Positions 31,301 through 44,400 of a DNA stretch of 64,000 bases are shown piece by piece; the stretch's first letter is position 1, and the number at the start of each line of letters is the position of its first letter. The position numbers were made by a program, and so were the translations under genes. Under the pieces are notes generated by a model, which was not told the DNA's origin, did not search any database, and was given only the letters and a program-made list of their open reading frames with translations. This stretch comes from Roseibacillus sp. (GTDB lineage Bacteria > Verrucomicrobiota > Verrucomicrobiia > Verrucomicrobiales > Akkermansiaceae): contig CBDEUM010000012.1 of NCBI GenBank assembly GCA_965242925.1, positions 64,001 to 128,000 on the forward strand. Reading direction: 5' to 3'.

Positions 31301-32851
31301 GACGGCCTCAACGACGGCGAGGAGATCACCGAAGGAGCGGACGGATTCATTACCAATCCGACGGACACCGATACCGATGGGGATCAGATTCAGGATGGCA
31401 GTGATTCCCACCCCACCGATCCCACTCTCCCCGAGAAAGGCAATTTCTTCGCAATCGAATTCTTCGGGCCCGATGACCTCTTTGTCTCGGGCGATTCCGA
31501 GCTCGATCCCGGCAAGGTCGTCATCGCCGTCAACGTCTTCGGCAACAACGACTCCAATGTGAACGGTGTGACCTTCTTCACCGACCGCGCCGGCCTCGGT
31601 GACGCGGTCACCAATGAAGGAGTGGTCACCTCGGACGGCGTGACCGTGACTTCCAGTTCGACCCACACCATCGACGGCTGGAGTCTTCCCGCGCCCAGCT
31701 TCACCGGCGGCACCCCCGGATCCGCGGGCAATTTGAGCGAAATCATGGCCGACATCAGGTGGTCGGCAGCCCCCAGTCCCCTTCCTGTCGACATCGATGG
31801 TCTCGAACCCGGCCAGGAGTACATCGTCGATCTGCTGACTTACGAGGGCGCGGATCGCACCCGCTTCTGGGACATCAGTGTCAATGGGATCCTGGAATTC
31901 GACAACTATTCGTCCGAGGGCGACACCAACCTCGGCCATACCTGGGGCCCCGACAAGGCGCATGGACTTCGTGGAACAGTGAAGGCCACTCCGCAGGGTA
32001 GCATCAACATCATCATGCAGCAGCAACTTGGCGGTGATCCGCCCTTCCCGAACGACAACAACCCCATCCTCCAGGCCGTGATCGTCAGAAAGGGTGGGCC
32101 GACAATTAAGGAGCGACTGTGGGTTGAGCGCGATGGCGCCGGCAACCTCGTCCTGAATTGGAACAGCCAGATCGGCCGGCTCTATGACATTCGTTCGACA
32201 GATGATCCGGTGGCCAATCAGGATCCCACGCTCTGGCCCATCATCCTGACCGACATTGAATCCACACCTCCAGTCAACATGGAGACCATCCCCTTCCCGG
32301 GAGATGACAAACGATTCTATGTCTTCGAGGAGAAACCGGTTCCCCCCTTCTTCTCGGAGGACTTCGAATCAGGTGCGGGTGACTGGGTTGCGGTTGTCAA
32401 TGACGCCAGTAACAACACCCTCTGGGAATTGGGCACGCCTTCCGGCAGCACGGGCCCGATCACGGGAGCCGACGAATCGGCCAACGCCTTCTCCACCAAC
32501 CTGGGAGACTACGGAACGGACTCCGACATCTCGCTCTTCTCACCGCCCCTCGACTTCAGTGGTTTACCAGACGCTGAGTTGACCTTCGAGGCCTTCCGGG
32601 ATGCCGACGGCTTCGGGGACACCGCGACTGTCCGCTTCCGCCGGGTCGGTGACGATGTGCAACTGGGACCGGACCATGACTTCGACATGACCGTCTTCGA
32701 TACCGACTACACCAGCATCAGTGTCCCGGTCCCGGTCGAGGCCCTTGGCGAGAATGTTCGCATCGAGTTCAACTTTGTCAGCGATGGAACCGCGGACGCC
32801 TTCAGCGGTCTCTCCATCGACAACGTGAACGTGGAAGTAGCCGCGCCCTAG
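28330..32851 (+). CDS. Large secreted acidic multidomain protein with Ca-binding DxDGDG (TSP3-like) repeats and PA14-like domain; frameshifted near 28702-28720
   Basis: Signal peptide [22 protein letters not shown] in ORF 28243..28743; continues in ORF 28694..32851 after a +1 shift. Many D(T/S)DGDGLxDGxE...GTDP repeats. Confidence 0.8.
30245..31315 (+). repeat. Near-identical internal block, copy 1 (copy 2 at ~34213-35283, offset 3968)
   Basis: Long stretches are identical at nucleotide level. Identical 68-aa shadow ORFs at 30799..31005 and 34767..34973 confirm the offset. Confidence 0.95.
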
Positions 32852-32904
32852 ACCGGATCACTCAATTCTCCAGGCGGTGAGGCCCCTGTGGCTTCACCGC
32901 CTTT
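32348..32904 (+). repeat. Highly similar C-terminal domain + terminator block, copy 1 (copy 2 at ~36403-36959, offset 4055)
   Basis: [34 protein letters not shown]...IDNVNVE..AP* and the downstream noncoding sequence are shared. Confidence 0.95.
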
Positions 32905-32910
32905 TTGTTT
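32872..32910 (+). terminator. Rho-independent terminator
   Basis: AGGCGGTGAGGCC-CCTGT-GGCTTCACCGCCT followed by TTTTGTTT. Confidence 0.85.
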
Positions 32911-33000
32911 CCGTGCGCAGGTATGTGAAGGCTGGTGACAGATTTCAGGGAGGGAGGCCTCAACCTCCTTCCTGTCTTCTGGTGTCATCAATCCATCCTG

Positions 33001-33324
33001 TGAAGGTGGATGGAAAATGGAGGATCGATAAACCTTTTGAAATATCTTGGTTTGTTCGACTTCTTGCCTTGCGCAGAGCAAACATCTTCTTGCGCTTGAT
33101 CGCTTAAGGAAGCAGAGCCCTGGGATCTGGCTTGCTGGCGATTGCCGTTGACCGGAATCCACCAGTGAACAACATCGGAACAACTAATAATCCAATTCGT
33201 TGATCCCGGATCAACGACCACCATCAGTTGAAACCCTTGCTGAAGCTTTGCCGCAACCCTTCCCCCGGTTGAGCCGCCTCCTTGGCCGACGCCTCCAAGA
33301 ACCGAATCCACAAAACCCAAACCA
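33001..33324 (+). repeat. Conserved upstream region, copy 2; candidate promoter TTGACC-N16-CAACAT (33148-33175) and a copy-specific 21-bp palindrome (33197-33217)
   Basis: Homologous to 28042-28329. TCGTTGATCC-C-GGATCAACGA is present only here. Confidence 0.8.
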
Positions 33325-36300
33325 ATGATCATGAAGAAAAACCCACTGAAACTTCTTGTCCTCGCCTCGGGAACGCTCGCTCTGGCCACCATGTCGGCGA
33401 GCTCTGGCACTGTGCCAACCTGGAACTTTGGAAATAATGGTGATGGCACCAACCAGGGATGGACGGTGACCGCTGGCCATTTCGCTAACGATGGCAACGG
33501 CATTGAGCCCGCCCAGGCAAATGGTACCAGGGCTCACGACGCCGCCCACCCGGTTGCGGTCCTCACCTCCCCGACCGTCAATTTCAGCCTCGTCAATGTG
33601 AGTGATACCGACAATGTGATCGATATTCTCTGGGAAGGTGGACAGGGAAACCAGAACGGCTCCCCCAACCCCACGAACCTGGCGGCGGTGATGGACTATA
33701 ACGGCGGCAACACGAACCAAGGCGGTCAGAAAGGCCTCGGCTTCCGCAACCTGACCACCGGGGAATATGATTTTGTCAGCTACGACACCACCGACGGTGG
33801 TGGAATCCAGACGGATTCATTCACCCAGCCTGACCTGGTCGCCAACGGCATCGATCCCGGCGCCAGTTATGAATTGGATTTCTTCACCACCGACGATAGT
33901 GGTTGGGGCTGGACTCGATTGAACGAGGTCAACCTCGATGCCGGTGCGATCGGGCCCGCTGTCCCGCCCTCAGACGACGACAATGACACCCTCTTCGATC
34001 ACTGGGAGCAGGACCTGACGGGCAACCTGACCGACCTGGACGGAACGGCCTGGGACGGCAATGGCGTGACCCCCGGACCCGGCGCGGGAACAGGTGACTT
34101 CGATGGAGATGGCAGCAGCGACAGCCAGGAGCAGGAGGGTGGCACCGATCCCACCGATGATGATTCGGATGATGACGGCCTCACCGATGGGGAGGAAGCC
34201 ACCCTTGGTACCGACCCGCTTAATACCGACAGCGATGAAGACGGCCTGCTCGATGGCGTAGAGACCGGCACCGGCATCTTTGTCGATGCCAACGACACCG
34301 GCACCGACCCCCTCGACACCGACAGTGATGGCGACAATGCCACCGACGGGTTTGAGGTGGGTGAAAACACCGACCCGAACGATGCCGCCAGCACTCCGTC
34401 AGTCCCGGTCATCCAGCCCTCCTTCGTTCCCATCAATGAACTGGCCCCCGGCGCCTACGGACCGGACTTCACCCAGAGAGGAGTGAACTACCAGGAGAAC
34501 CACTACGGCGGCGGCGTCATCTTCAACAACAACGCCCTGAGCAACTACACCGTGCACACCTCGGGAGTTCCGGCCCCCACCGCCTCCTTCGATGCCATTG
34601 AACCCCTGACCGCCCATGGTAATGGCGGGGGAACCATCTCCATCCACAACCGCCCCTGGCTCGACGCTGGCGGGGAGAACTTCACGGCGCGCTACAACGG
34701 CTACCTCGACATGACGGCCTTCAACCCGGGGACCTACAAGATCCACCTCGGGGCCGATGACACCAACTACTTCATCATGAATACCGCAGACGGCGATGTC
34801 ATCTCACAGCACAACTGCTGCCCGGCGAACCAGGAGCACACCTTCACCATGAACATCCCCGGCATGTTCCCCTTCGACAACGTCTTCGGGGAGCAGGGCG
34901 GCGGCGACTGGACCGAAGTCGGCATCAGCGGCCCCGGCATCCCCGGAATCGTGGCCCTCGGTGACACCGCCAACGGCAGCCCCCCGGTTTATCCCATCGG
35001 AGCGGATGCGGAGGACAGTGACGGCGACGATCTCCCGGACGCGTGGGAGACCTCCTGGGCCGCCATCAACGACCTGACCCAGTTGTCCGACACAGGGGAC
35101 TTCGACGCCGACGGGCTCACCGACCTGGAGGAACTCGCCGCCGGAACCAATCCCACCAATGCCGATACCGACGACGACGGGATCGCTGACGGGGCCGAAA
35201 CCAACACCGGCACCTTTGTCAACGCCAGTGACACCGGAACCAATCCTCGCGATGCCGACACAGATGGTGACGGCCTGAGCGACGGAGTGGAGACTGGCAC
35301 CGGCACCTTTGTCAGTGCCACTGACACCGGAACCGATCCGCTCAATACGGACTCCGACAACGATCTCATCAACGACTTTGACGAGACCAACAGCCCGACC
35401 CGGGATCCCAATGTCTCCGAAGCTCCTCAAGCTGGCGACCTCGCCGAGCATCTCACGGTCTACTATAACTTTGATGAGAACCTCCAGGACCAGGCCCACC
35501 TCATCCCGGGGACCGCCAGCACCGCAGCTGACGATCTGGAATTCATCGCACCCCACCCGGGAACCTACGATCCCGGACTCTTCGGAGGGGGCGGCTATTT
35601 CGGAGCGGGCCAGGGTGGCGGTCATGCCCAGACCGCCTTCAGTCCCGATGTCGATGGGGATATCGCCGGGCCCACCCAGGAAATCACCGTGGCGTGGTGG
35701 GGACGGGTCGACGCCTTCACTACCAGCTGGCAGATCGGAGTGGGTCGCGGTGAAGGAAGCAACTGGCGCTTCCACCGCTGGGGCACCAACCCGACCATGG
35801 CCTGGCAGGGAGGCAACAACGACATCCATGCCAACCCCGCGGAATTCAATATTGACGACGGTGAATGGCACCACTTCGTGGGAACCTCCAATGGGGTGGC
35901 CAATGTACGTGCCCTCTGGATCGACGGACAGGAGACGGTTTCCACCACGCTCTCCGGCCCTCTGAATTCCGACCCAAATCTCCCCCTGATGATTGGGGAG
36001 AACCCGGGGGCTCTCAACCGCCAATGGAATGGCGGGATCGACGATGTCGCGATCTGGCGACGCGCGCTGACCGGGGAGCAGATCCAATCTCTCTACCTCG
36101 CCGGCACCAACGGGGAGAGCCTGGGAGACCTCATCAACGGTCCTGGACTTGATCCGCTCGGACTCACGGTCAGCCTCGCCAGCAACGATCCCCTGACCAT
36201 CCGCGCCGAGTTCAATACCCAGGTCGCGAGACAGTATGACCTCCTGGTCAGTCCCGACCTCAACTCTCCGCGTGAATCGTGGACGGAACTGGCCGGGTTC

Positions 36301-36906
36301 CAGGATATTCCGACCGATCCATCCGGACGGGCCAGCGTGGACTTCCCCGCCCCCTACGCGGGAACCGGTTTCATCGCAGTCCGCGAGGAGAGCCTCCCCG
36401 CCTTCTTCTCGGAGGACTTCGAATCAGGTGAGGGTGACTGGGTCGCGGTTGTCAATGACGCCAGTAACAACACCGTCTGGGAACTGGGCACCCCTTCCGG
36501 CAGCACGGGACCGCTCACGGGAGCCAACGAATCGGCCAACGCCTGGTCCACCAACCTGGGGGACTACGGAATGGACTCCGACATCTCCCTCTTCTCCCCA
36601 CCTCTCGACTTCAGCGGTTTACCGGGTGCGGAGTTGACCTTCGAGGCCTTTCGGGATGCCGACGGTTTCGGGGATACCGCGGTTGTCCGTTTTTACCGGG
36701 TCGCTGACGAAGTGCAACTGGGGCCTGACCATGAACTCGACCTGACCGTCTTCGATACAGACTACACCAGCATCAGTGTCCCGGTCCCGGCCGAGGTCAT
36801 TGGCGAGAATGTTCGTATCGAGTTCAACTTTATCAGCGATGGAACCGCGGACGCCTTCAGCGGTCTCACCATCGACAACGTGAACGTGGAAATAGTCGCG
36901 CCCTAG
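33325..36906 (+). CDS. Large secreted acidic multidomain protein (TSP3-like repeats, PA14-like, LamG-like), paralog of 28330-32851
   Basis: 1193-aa ORF with signal peptide, DxDGDG repeats, and LamG motifs DGEWHHFVG and GGIDDVAIWRRALT. Confidence 0.9.
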   Translation: MIMKKNPLKLLVLASGTLALATMSASSGTVPTWNFGNNGDGTNQGWTVTAGHFANDGNGIEPAQANGTRAHDAAHPVAVLTSPTVNFSLVNVSDTDNVIDILWEGGQGNQNGSPNPTNLAAVMDYNGGNTNQGGQKGLGFRNLTTGEYDFVSYDTTDGGGIQTDSFTQPDLVANGIDPGASYELDFFTTDDSGWGWTRLNEVNLDAGAIGPAVPPSDDDNDTLFDHWEQDLTGNLTDLDGTAWDGNGVTPGPGAGTGDFDGDGSSDSQEQEGGTDPTDDDSDDDGLTDGEEATLGTDPLNTDSDEDGLLDGVETGTGIFVDANDTGTDPLDTDSDGDNATDGFEVGENTDPNDAASTPSVPVIQPSFVPINELAPGAYGPDFTQRGVNYQENHYGGGVIFNNNALSNYTVHTSGVPAPTASFDAIEPLTAHGNGGGTISIHNRPWLDAGGENFTARYNGYLDMTAFNPGTYKIHLGADDTNYFIMNTADGDVISQHNCCPANQEHTFTMNIPGMFPFDNVFGEQGGGDWTEVGISGPGIPGIVALGDTANGSPPVYPIGADAEDSDGDDLPDAWETSWAAINDLTQLSDTGDFDADGLTDLEELAAGTNPTNADTDDDGIADGAETNTGTFVNASDTGTNPRDADTDGDGLSDGVETGTGTFVSATDTGTDPLNTDSDNDLINDFDETNSPTRDPNVSEAPQAGDLAEHLTVYYNFDENLQDQAHLIPGTASTAADDLEFIAPHPGTYDPGLFGGGGYFGAGQGGGHAQTAFSPDVDGDIAGPTQEITVAWWGRVDAFTTSWQIGVGRGEGSNWRFHRWGTNPTMAWQGGNNDIHANPAEFNIDDGEWHHFVGTSNGVANVRALWIDGQETVSTTLSGPLNSDPNLPLMIGENPGALNRQWNGGIDDVAIWRRALTGEQIQSLYLAGTNGESLGDLINGPGLDPLGLTVSLASNDPLTIRAEFNTQVARQYDLLVSPDLNSPRESWTELAGFQDIPTDPSGRASVDFPAPYAGTGFIAVREESLPAFFSEDFESGEGDWVAVVNDASNNTVWELGTPSGSTGPLTGANESANAWSTNLGDYGMDSDISLFSPPLDFSGLPGAELTFEAFRDADGFGDTAVVRFYRVADEVQLGPDHELDLTVFDTDYTSISVPVPAEVIGENVRIEFNFISDGTADAFSGLTIDNVNVEIVAP
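34213..35283 (+). repeat. Near-identical internal block, copy 2
   Basis: See 30245-31315. Confidence 0.95.
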
Positions 36907-36959
36907 ACCGGATCAATCAATTCTCCAGGCGGTGAGGCCCCTGTGGCTTCACCGCCTTT
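36403..36959 (+). repeat. C-terminal domain + terminator block, copy 2
   Basis: See 32348-32904. Confidence 0.95.
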
Positions 36960-36965
36960 CCTTTT
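36927..36965 (+). terminator. Rho-independent terminator (duplicate of 32872-32910)
   Basis: Identical hairpin followed by TTCCTTTT. Confidence 0.8.
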
Positions 36966-37332
36966 GCCCGGCACCCGCACTCCGTTACTCAGTTGGATCC
37001 GGGCGCCGTGACGGAAGGGAATTGGCACCTCGTTACAGGTTGGCCGGCATCAACAGAACCGAAAGACAATCGCCTGCCTCGCTCTCCTCGCGGCCCGGCA
37101 TCTGGAGTGCGCCAACTGAATCTCCTTCCCGCTCTTACCGGCGAGGGAATCGACAACACGTCCGGACATTGGAATCCTGCCCTGAAGAACTCCCCGCCTT
37201 GCGAAAATCGGTGAGGTCTTCCTCCCAATCAGGGAGAACCCCTCTACCCCATGACCAATAATCGGGATCACATGACCTGACCTCACCTCTTTGTTTCCGT
37301 GACCCCTCGCAACCTTCTTCCTATTCTGGCAC

Positions 37333-39747
<2,415 letters not shown>

Positions 39748-39799
39748 CGCATTCCCCCGATGCGATCAGCACGCGGGAACATCACACCACTTCACAATC

Positions 39800-41236
39800 A
39801 TGCCAGATCTTCTCTCCGCCACCACCGACCTGCAGTCGCGTCGTTCCTTCCTCCTCAACTCGGGGATGGGCCTGGGAACAACCGCCCTGGCCTCGCTCCT
39901 TCCGCAGATCGGGGGCGCTGCCTCCAAGGGCCTCCATCACACTGCCAGGGCCAAGCGCATCATCTTCCTCTTCATGGCCGGCGCTCCCAGCCAGGTCGAT
40001 CTCTTCGACCACAAGCCGGACCTGCACAAACTCTTCCGGACGGAACTGCCCAAGTCAGTGACCAAGGGCCAGCGGGTCACCACCATGACCCGGGGACGAC
40101 AGCAATTGGTGGCCCCCACCATGTTCAAGTTCGCGCAGCAGGGAAAGAGCGGAGTCTGGATGAGCGAACTCCTGCCTCACCTCTCCAAGGCGGCTGACGA
40201 CCTCTGCTTCATCCACTCCTTCAACACCAACGCCATCAATCACGACCCCGGAAAGACCTCCTTCTGCACCGGTTCCGAGATTCCGGGCAAACCGAGCATG
40301 GGCGCCTGGCTCAGCTACGGACTGGGCTCCCTCAACAGGGATCTTCCGGACTTCGTGGTGGTCCCCTCCGCATTCTGGAGTGGCCGCGTGAACGTGCAGG
40401 CTCTCTACTCCCGCCTGTGGGGGAGTGGATTCCTTCCCTCCCAACACCAGGGAACTTCCCTGCAGACCGCCGGAGACCCTGTTCTTTTTCTCTCCAATCC
40501 CAGAGGAATCGATGCCGAGGTAAGACGGCGCATGCTCGACACCCTTGGCAAGATGAACGGCAAGCATCATGAGGAAATCGGCGATCCCGAGATTCAGACC
40601 ACCATAGCCCAGCAGGAGATGGCCTTCCGCATGCAGAAGTCCGTACCGGAATTGGCCGACATCTCCGGGGAACCGAAGGATGTTCTCGAAAAGTATGGGC
40701 CGGAAGTGAGTAAACCCGGCTCCTACGCGCGGAACTGTCTCCTCGCCCGGCGCATGGCGGAACGAAATGTCCGCTTCATTCAACTTTTCCACCGGGGCTG
40801 GGATCACCACTCCAGCCTTCCCGGTAATATGCGCGGTCAGTGCCAGGACGTCGATCAACCCACCGCCGCTCTGCTCTCCGATCTGAAAACACGCGGCCTC
40901 CTGGAGGACACCCTCGTCGTCTTCGCCGGGGAATTCGGCCGCACCGTCTTCGGACAGGGTAACATCACCCGCGACAATTACGGGCGCGACCACCATCCAC
41001 GCTGTTTCTCGGGCTGGCTCGCCGGTGGCGGCATCAAGGGCGGCATGCACTACGGCAGGACCGACGATTTCAGCTACAACGTGGTGGAAGATCCGGTCAA
41101 TGTGCGCGATCTGCACGCCACCATGCTGCACCTCCTCGGAGTCGATCACCGCCGCCTGAATTTCTCCTTCCAGGGACTGGACCAACGCCTCACCGGCGTA
41201 GAGGAGTCCCGGGTGATCAAGGAGATCATCACCTGA
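39800..41236 (+). CDS. DUF1501 domain protein (Tat-exported)
   Basis: SRRSFL, GAPSQVDLFDHKP, GWDHH, GEFGRT, GRDHHP. Confidence 0.92.
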   Translation: MPDLLSATTDLQSRRSFLLNSGMGLGTTALASLLPQIGGAASKGLHHTARAKRIIFLFMAGAPSQVDLFDHKPDLHKLFRTELPKSVTKGQRVTTMTRGRQQLVAPTMFKFAQQGKSGVWMSELLPHLSKAADDLCFIHSFNTNAINHDPGKTSFCTGSEIPGKPSMGAWLSYGLGSLNRDLPDFVVVPSAFWSGRVNVQALYSRLWGSGFLPSQHQGTSLQTAGDPVLFLSNPRGIDAEVRRRMLDTLGKMNGKHHEEIGDPEIQTTIAQQEMAFRMQKSVPELADISGEPKDVLEKYGPEVSKPGSYARNCLLARRMAERNVRFIQLFHRGWDHHSSLPGNMRGQCQDVDQPTAALLSDLKTRGLLEDTLVVFAGEFGRTVFGQGNITRDNYGRDHHPRCFSGWLAGGGIKGGMHYGRTDDFSYNVVEDPVNVRDLHATMLHLLGVDHRRLNFSFQGLDQRLTGVEESRVIKEIIT

Positions 41237-41419
41237 TCCGCCCATCCGGGACAGCAGCACCCCTGCCCCCCAACTGTGGTAGCTCGCACAGCCACCGGGA
41301 TGAACCGGCCCAGTGGCAGGGGGCATGAACCTCGTTCTGGAGCGGCATATTTTGGATGTCTCCTCCTTTGTAATTGGTATAGTCCCTGACCCCCCCACTG
41401 CAACGCACGAACAAAACCC

Positions 41420-44400
41420 ATGACGCTCTTCAGTCGTTCCGCACCAACTCTCTGCCTCCTCGCCATCGGACTCCTGATGGCTTCGCCAGCCTCTGCTCGA
41501 CTCTACATCACGGAGTTCATGGCAAACAACAGGGCAACCATCGAGGATGAGGATGGTGATGCCACTGACTGGATAGAGATCTTTAATTCCGGAACTGAAT
41601 CCGTGAACCTTGAGGGTTACTTCCTCACTGACGCGGCGGATACACTCACCATGTGGAGTTTCCCGGCAGTCGAGATTGCCGAAAACGGCTTCCTGCTGGT
41701 ATTTGCCTCGGAAAAGGATCGTCGTAACCCCGGCTCAGAACTCCATACTAACTTCAGGCTTTCCAGCGATGGGGATTACCTGGCCCTTGTCAACCCGGAC
41801 GGCACTTCAATCGTTGCGGAATTCGGCAGCGAGGAAAACCCTGTTCCTGAACAGTTTGAGGATTCCTCCTACGGCCTCATGCAGGGAGGCGGCCTGACGC
41901 CCACCGTGTTCATCGGTCCGACGCAACAGGCCAGGGTCATCATTCCCGCGGATGACTCACTCGGAGGAGACTGGACCGTGCAGGAATTTGATGACTCCGG
42001 GTGGCCAGCCGCCCAAATGGGGATCGGCTACGACGAGAACAGCACCTATAATCAGGAGTTCGGGACAAATGGCGATCTCGATGATGATTTCAATGGCGTG
42101 AACACATCGGTCTATATCCGTGTTCCCTTCGAGGTCAGCGACCCGTCAACGGTCACCAACCTCACCCTGAAGATGAAATACGATGACGGGTTTGTTGCCT
42201 ACCTCAATGACACCCTGGTTGCCGATGCCAACGCGCCCGGTGGATTAACCTGGAATTCCGAGGCAACAGGCAACCACTCGGACGGCGAGGCGGTGACCTT
42301 CTTGGACTGGAACATCACCTCTTTTGTGAACAGACTAACCGTCGGCACGAATGTCCTCGCCATTCACGGTCTTAATGACGGCCTCACCAGTTCAGACATG
42401 CTGATCACCGCAGAACTCCGCGGCACAAGGATCACCGACCCGTCACTCGGAGGTCCCGGTTACCTGGCCACCCCCTCACCTCGCACCTTCAACGGCGACA
42501 CTTTCGACGGATTTGTCGGTGATACTGCATTTAATATTGACCGCGGCTTCTTCGAGGAACCCTTTGACCTTGAAATCACCTCCTCCACCGAGAGGGCTGA
42601 GATTCGTTACACGCTGGACGGGAGCCCTCCAAGCCCCACAAGCGGACTGGTATACACCGGGCCCATCTCGATAACCGAAACAACAGTGGTGCGTGCCATG
42701 GCTCACCTTGCCGGATTAAGACCGACCAATGTCGACACCCAGACCTACCTCTTTCCCGAGGACGTTGTCAACCAGCCACGCATGCGTACCTCCGTTACCC
42801 GGTCAGCAACCCTTGGTCCCCAAATGGTCAACTCCCTGAAGGCAGTGCCTACCGTCTCAATCGTCACGGACAATCCCGGTCCGTTCCAGAATGAGGGAGG
42901 CAGCAATATCCGCAGTGAGTCGCCGACGTCCGTGGAAATGATCTTTCCCGACGGCAGACCCGGCTTCCAGGAAAACGCCGGGTTAAAGCACTTCGGGGGT
43001 TACTACACTAATTTCCGGAAGAAGAGCTTCCGTATCGGCTTCCGCTCGCAATACGGCGCCACCAAGGTCAACTATCCCCTCTTCGACGGCTTCGAATACA
43101 AGCACTACCCGCCGACCGACCGCTTTGACATCATGGACCTGCGCAGCGGTTCCCACGACATGAGCTCACGCGGTGCCTACATGTCCAACCGATTCACGGA
43201 CGACTCCATGCTGGATATGGGCAACCTTGCTCCGCACGGACGCTTTGTGCATGTCTACCTCAACGGCAGTTACTGGGGACAATACCACCTGCGGGAGCGC
43301 TGGAATGCCGACATGGCTTCAAGCTATTTTGGAGGCCCCAAGGCGGACTATGACGCGGTCAACCTTAATGACGGGTTCCGCAATGATGAGAAAGTCTATG
43401 ACGGTAACGGCGTCTTCTGGAATGAGGCAAAGGCACTGGCATCAGGGTCCAATCCATGGGCAAACAACAATACCAACATCGATGTCGCCAACCTCATCGA
43501 CTTCATGCTGCTGTGGGTAAGCGGCAATTCGGAAAGCGAAGTCAGGCTGCTCGGCTCCAAGGCCCAGGGACAACCCTTCCGCTTCCAGATGAAGGACGCA
43601 GACGGCTACCTGCGCAGCACAAATCGCTCAGTCAGCAGTTCCGGCCCCCTGGATTTGATGTCACGACTGCGCAACGGCAACACGGACTTTGCCATGCTGG
43701 TCGCCGACCGTATCCACATGCACTTCTTCAATGACGGGGCATTGACACCGTCACAAAACATCGAGCGCCTGCAAAAGCGTGTCGATGAAGCCCGGCCGGG
43801 ATTTATTGCCGAGTCCGCGCGCTGGGGCAATCGCTTTCGCGAATATCAGGACTGGCTCAATTACCAGCAGAACCTGGTAAACAACCACTTCAGGGGGCTC
43901 ACCAACACCATGATCGGACGCTTCAGATCTCAGGGAATGTATCCCGACATCATTGCACCGGTGTTCAGCCAGCATGGCGGATCCGTCCTCCCTGCTACCC
44001 CCGTCACCATGTCAACGGATGCGGACACGATCTACTACACCCTGGACGGAAGCGACCCCCGCCTCCCCGGAGGAGTTCCCAACCCCACCGCCTCCCTTGC
44101 CTCCTTCGGTGGCGGGAATCCAGCTGATCCTCCCCAGACCTTCATCACCTCCGGACACGTATGGAAATTCCTCGATGACGGCAGCAACCAGGGCACAGCC
44201 TGGCGCCAGAACGGGTTCGATGACTCCTCCTGGTCCCAAGGTCCCTCCGAACTCGGCTACGGCGACGACGGAGAGGGATCGGGCACGACCCTCTCCTATG
44301 GACCGAGCAACAGCAACAAATACGCCACCACCTACTTCCGGACCGACGTGGACATCCCCGACCCCTCCAGGTTCCTCCGCTTCACGCTCCGGTTGAAGTA

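Noticed and set aside
32877..33107. Short ORF containing VKVDGKWRID, similar to VNVDGKWKID in copy 1
   Set aside because: Copy 1 has an early stop and an indel, and substitutions are not biased to third positions, so the conservation looks noncoding.
30245..35283. Near-identical repeat pair as a diversity-generating retroelement TR/VR
   Set aside because: There is no reverse transcriptase in the window, both copies are coding, and the differences are not confined to adenines.
28940..35400. Recurring ~30-60-nt repeats that might suggest a CRISPR array
   Set aside because: They are in-frame coding repeats (DxDGDG/GTDP), degenerate and irregularly spaced, with no cas genes.
36993..37214. 73-aa ORF with faint sulfatase-like words (AVTEGNWHLV, LLPALTGE)
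   Set aside because: The similarity is too short and out of order to support a pseudogene call without a search.
41234..41300. Other TGA-terminated genes as Sec readthrough candidates (e.g. stops at 10207, 15837, 41236, 45709, 50017, 54727)
   Set aside because: The proteins are complete at these stops and no long in-frame continuation follows.
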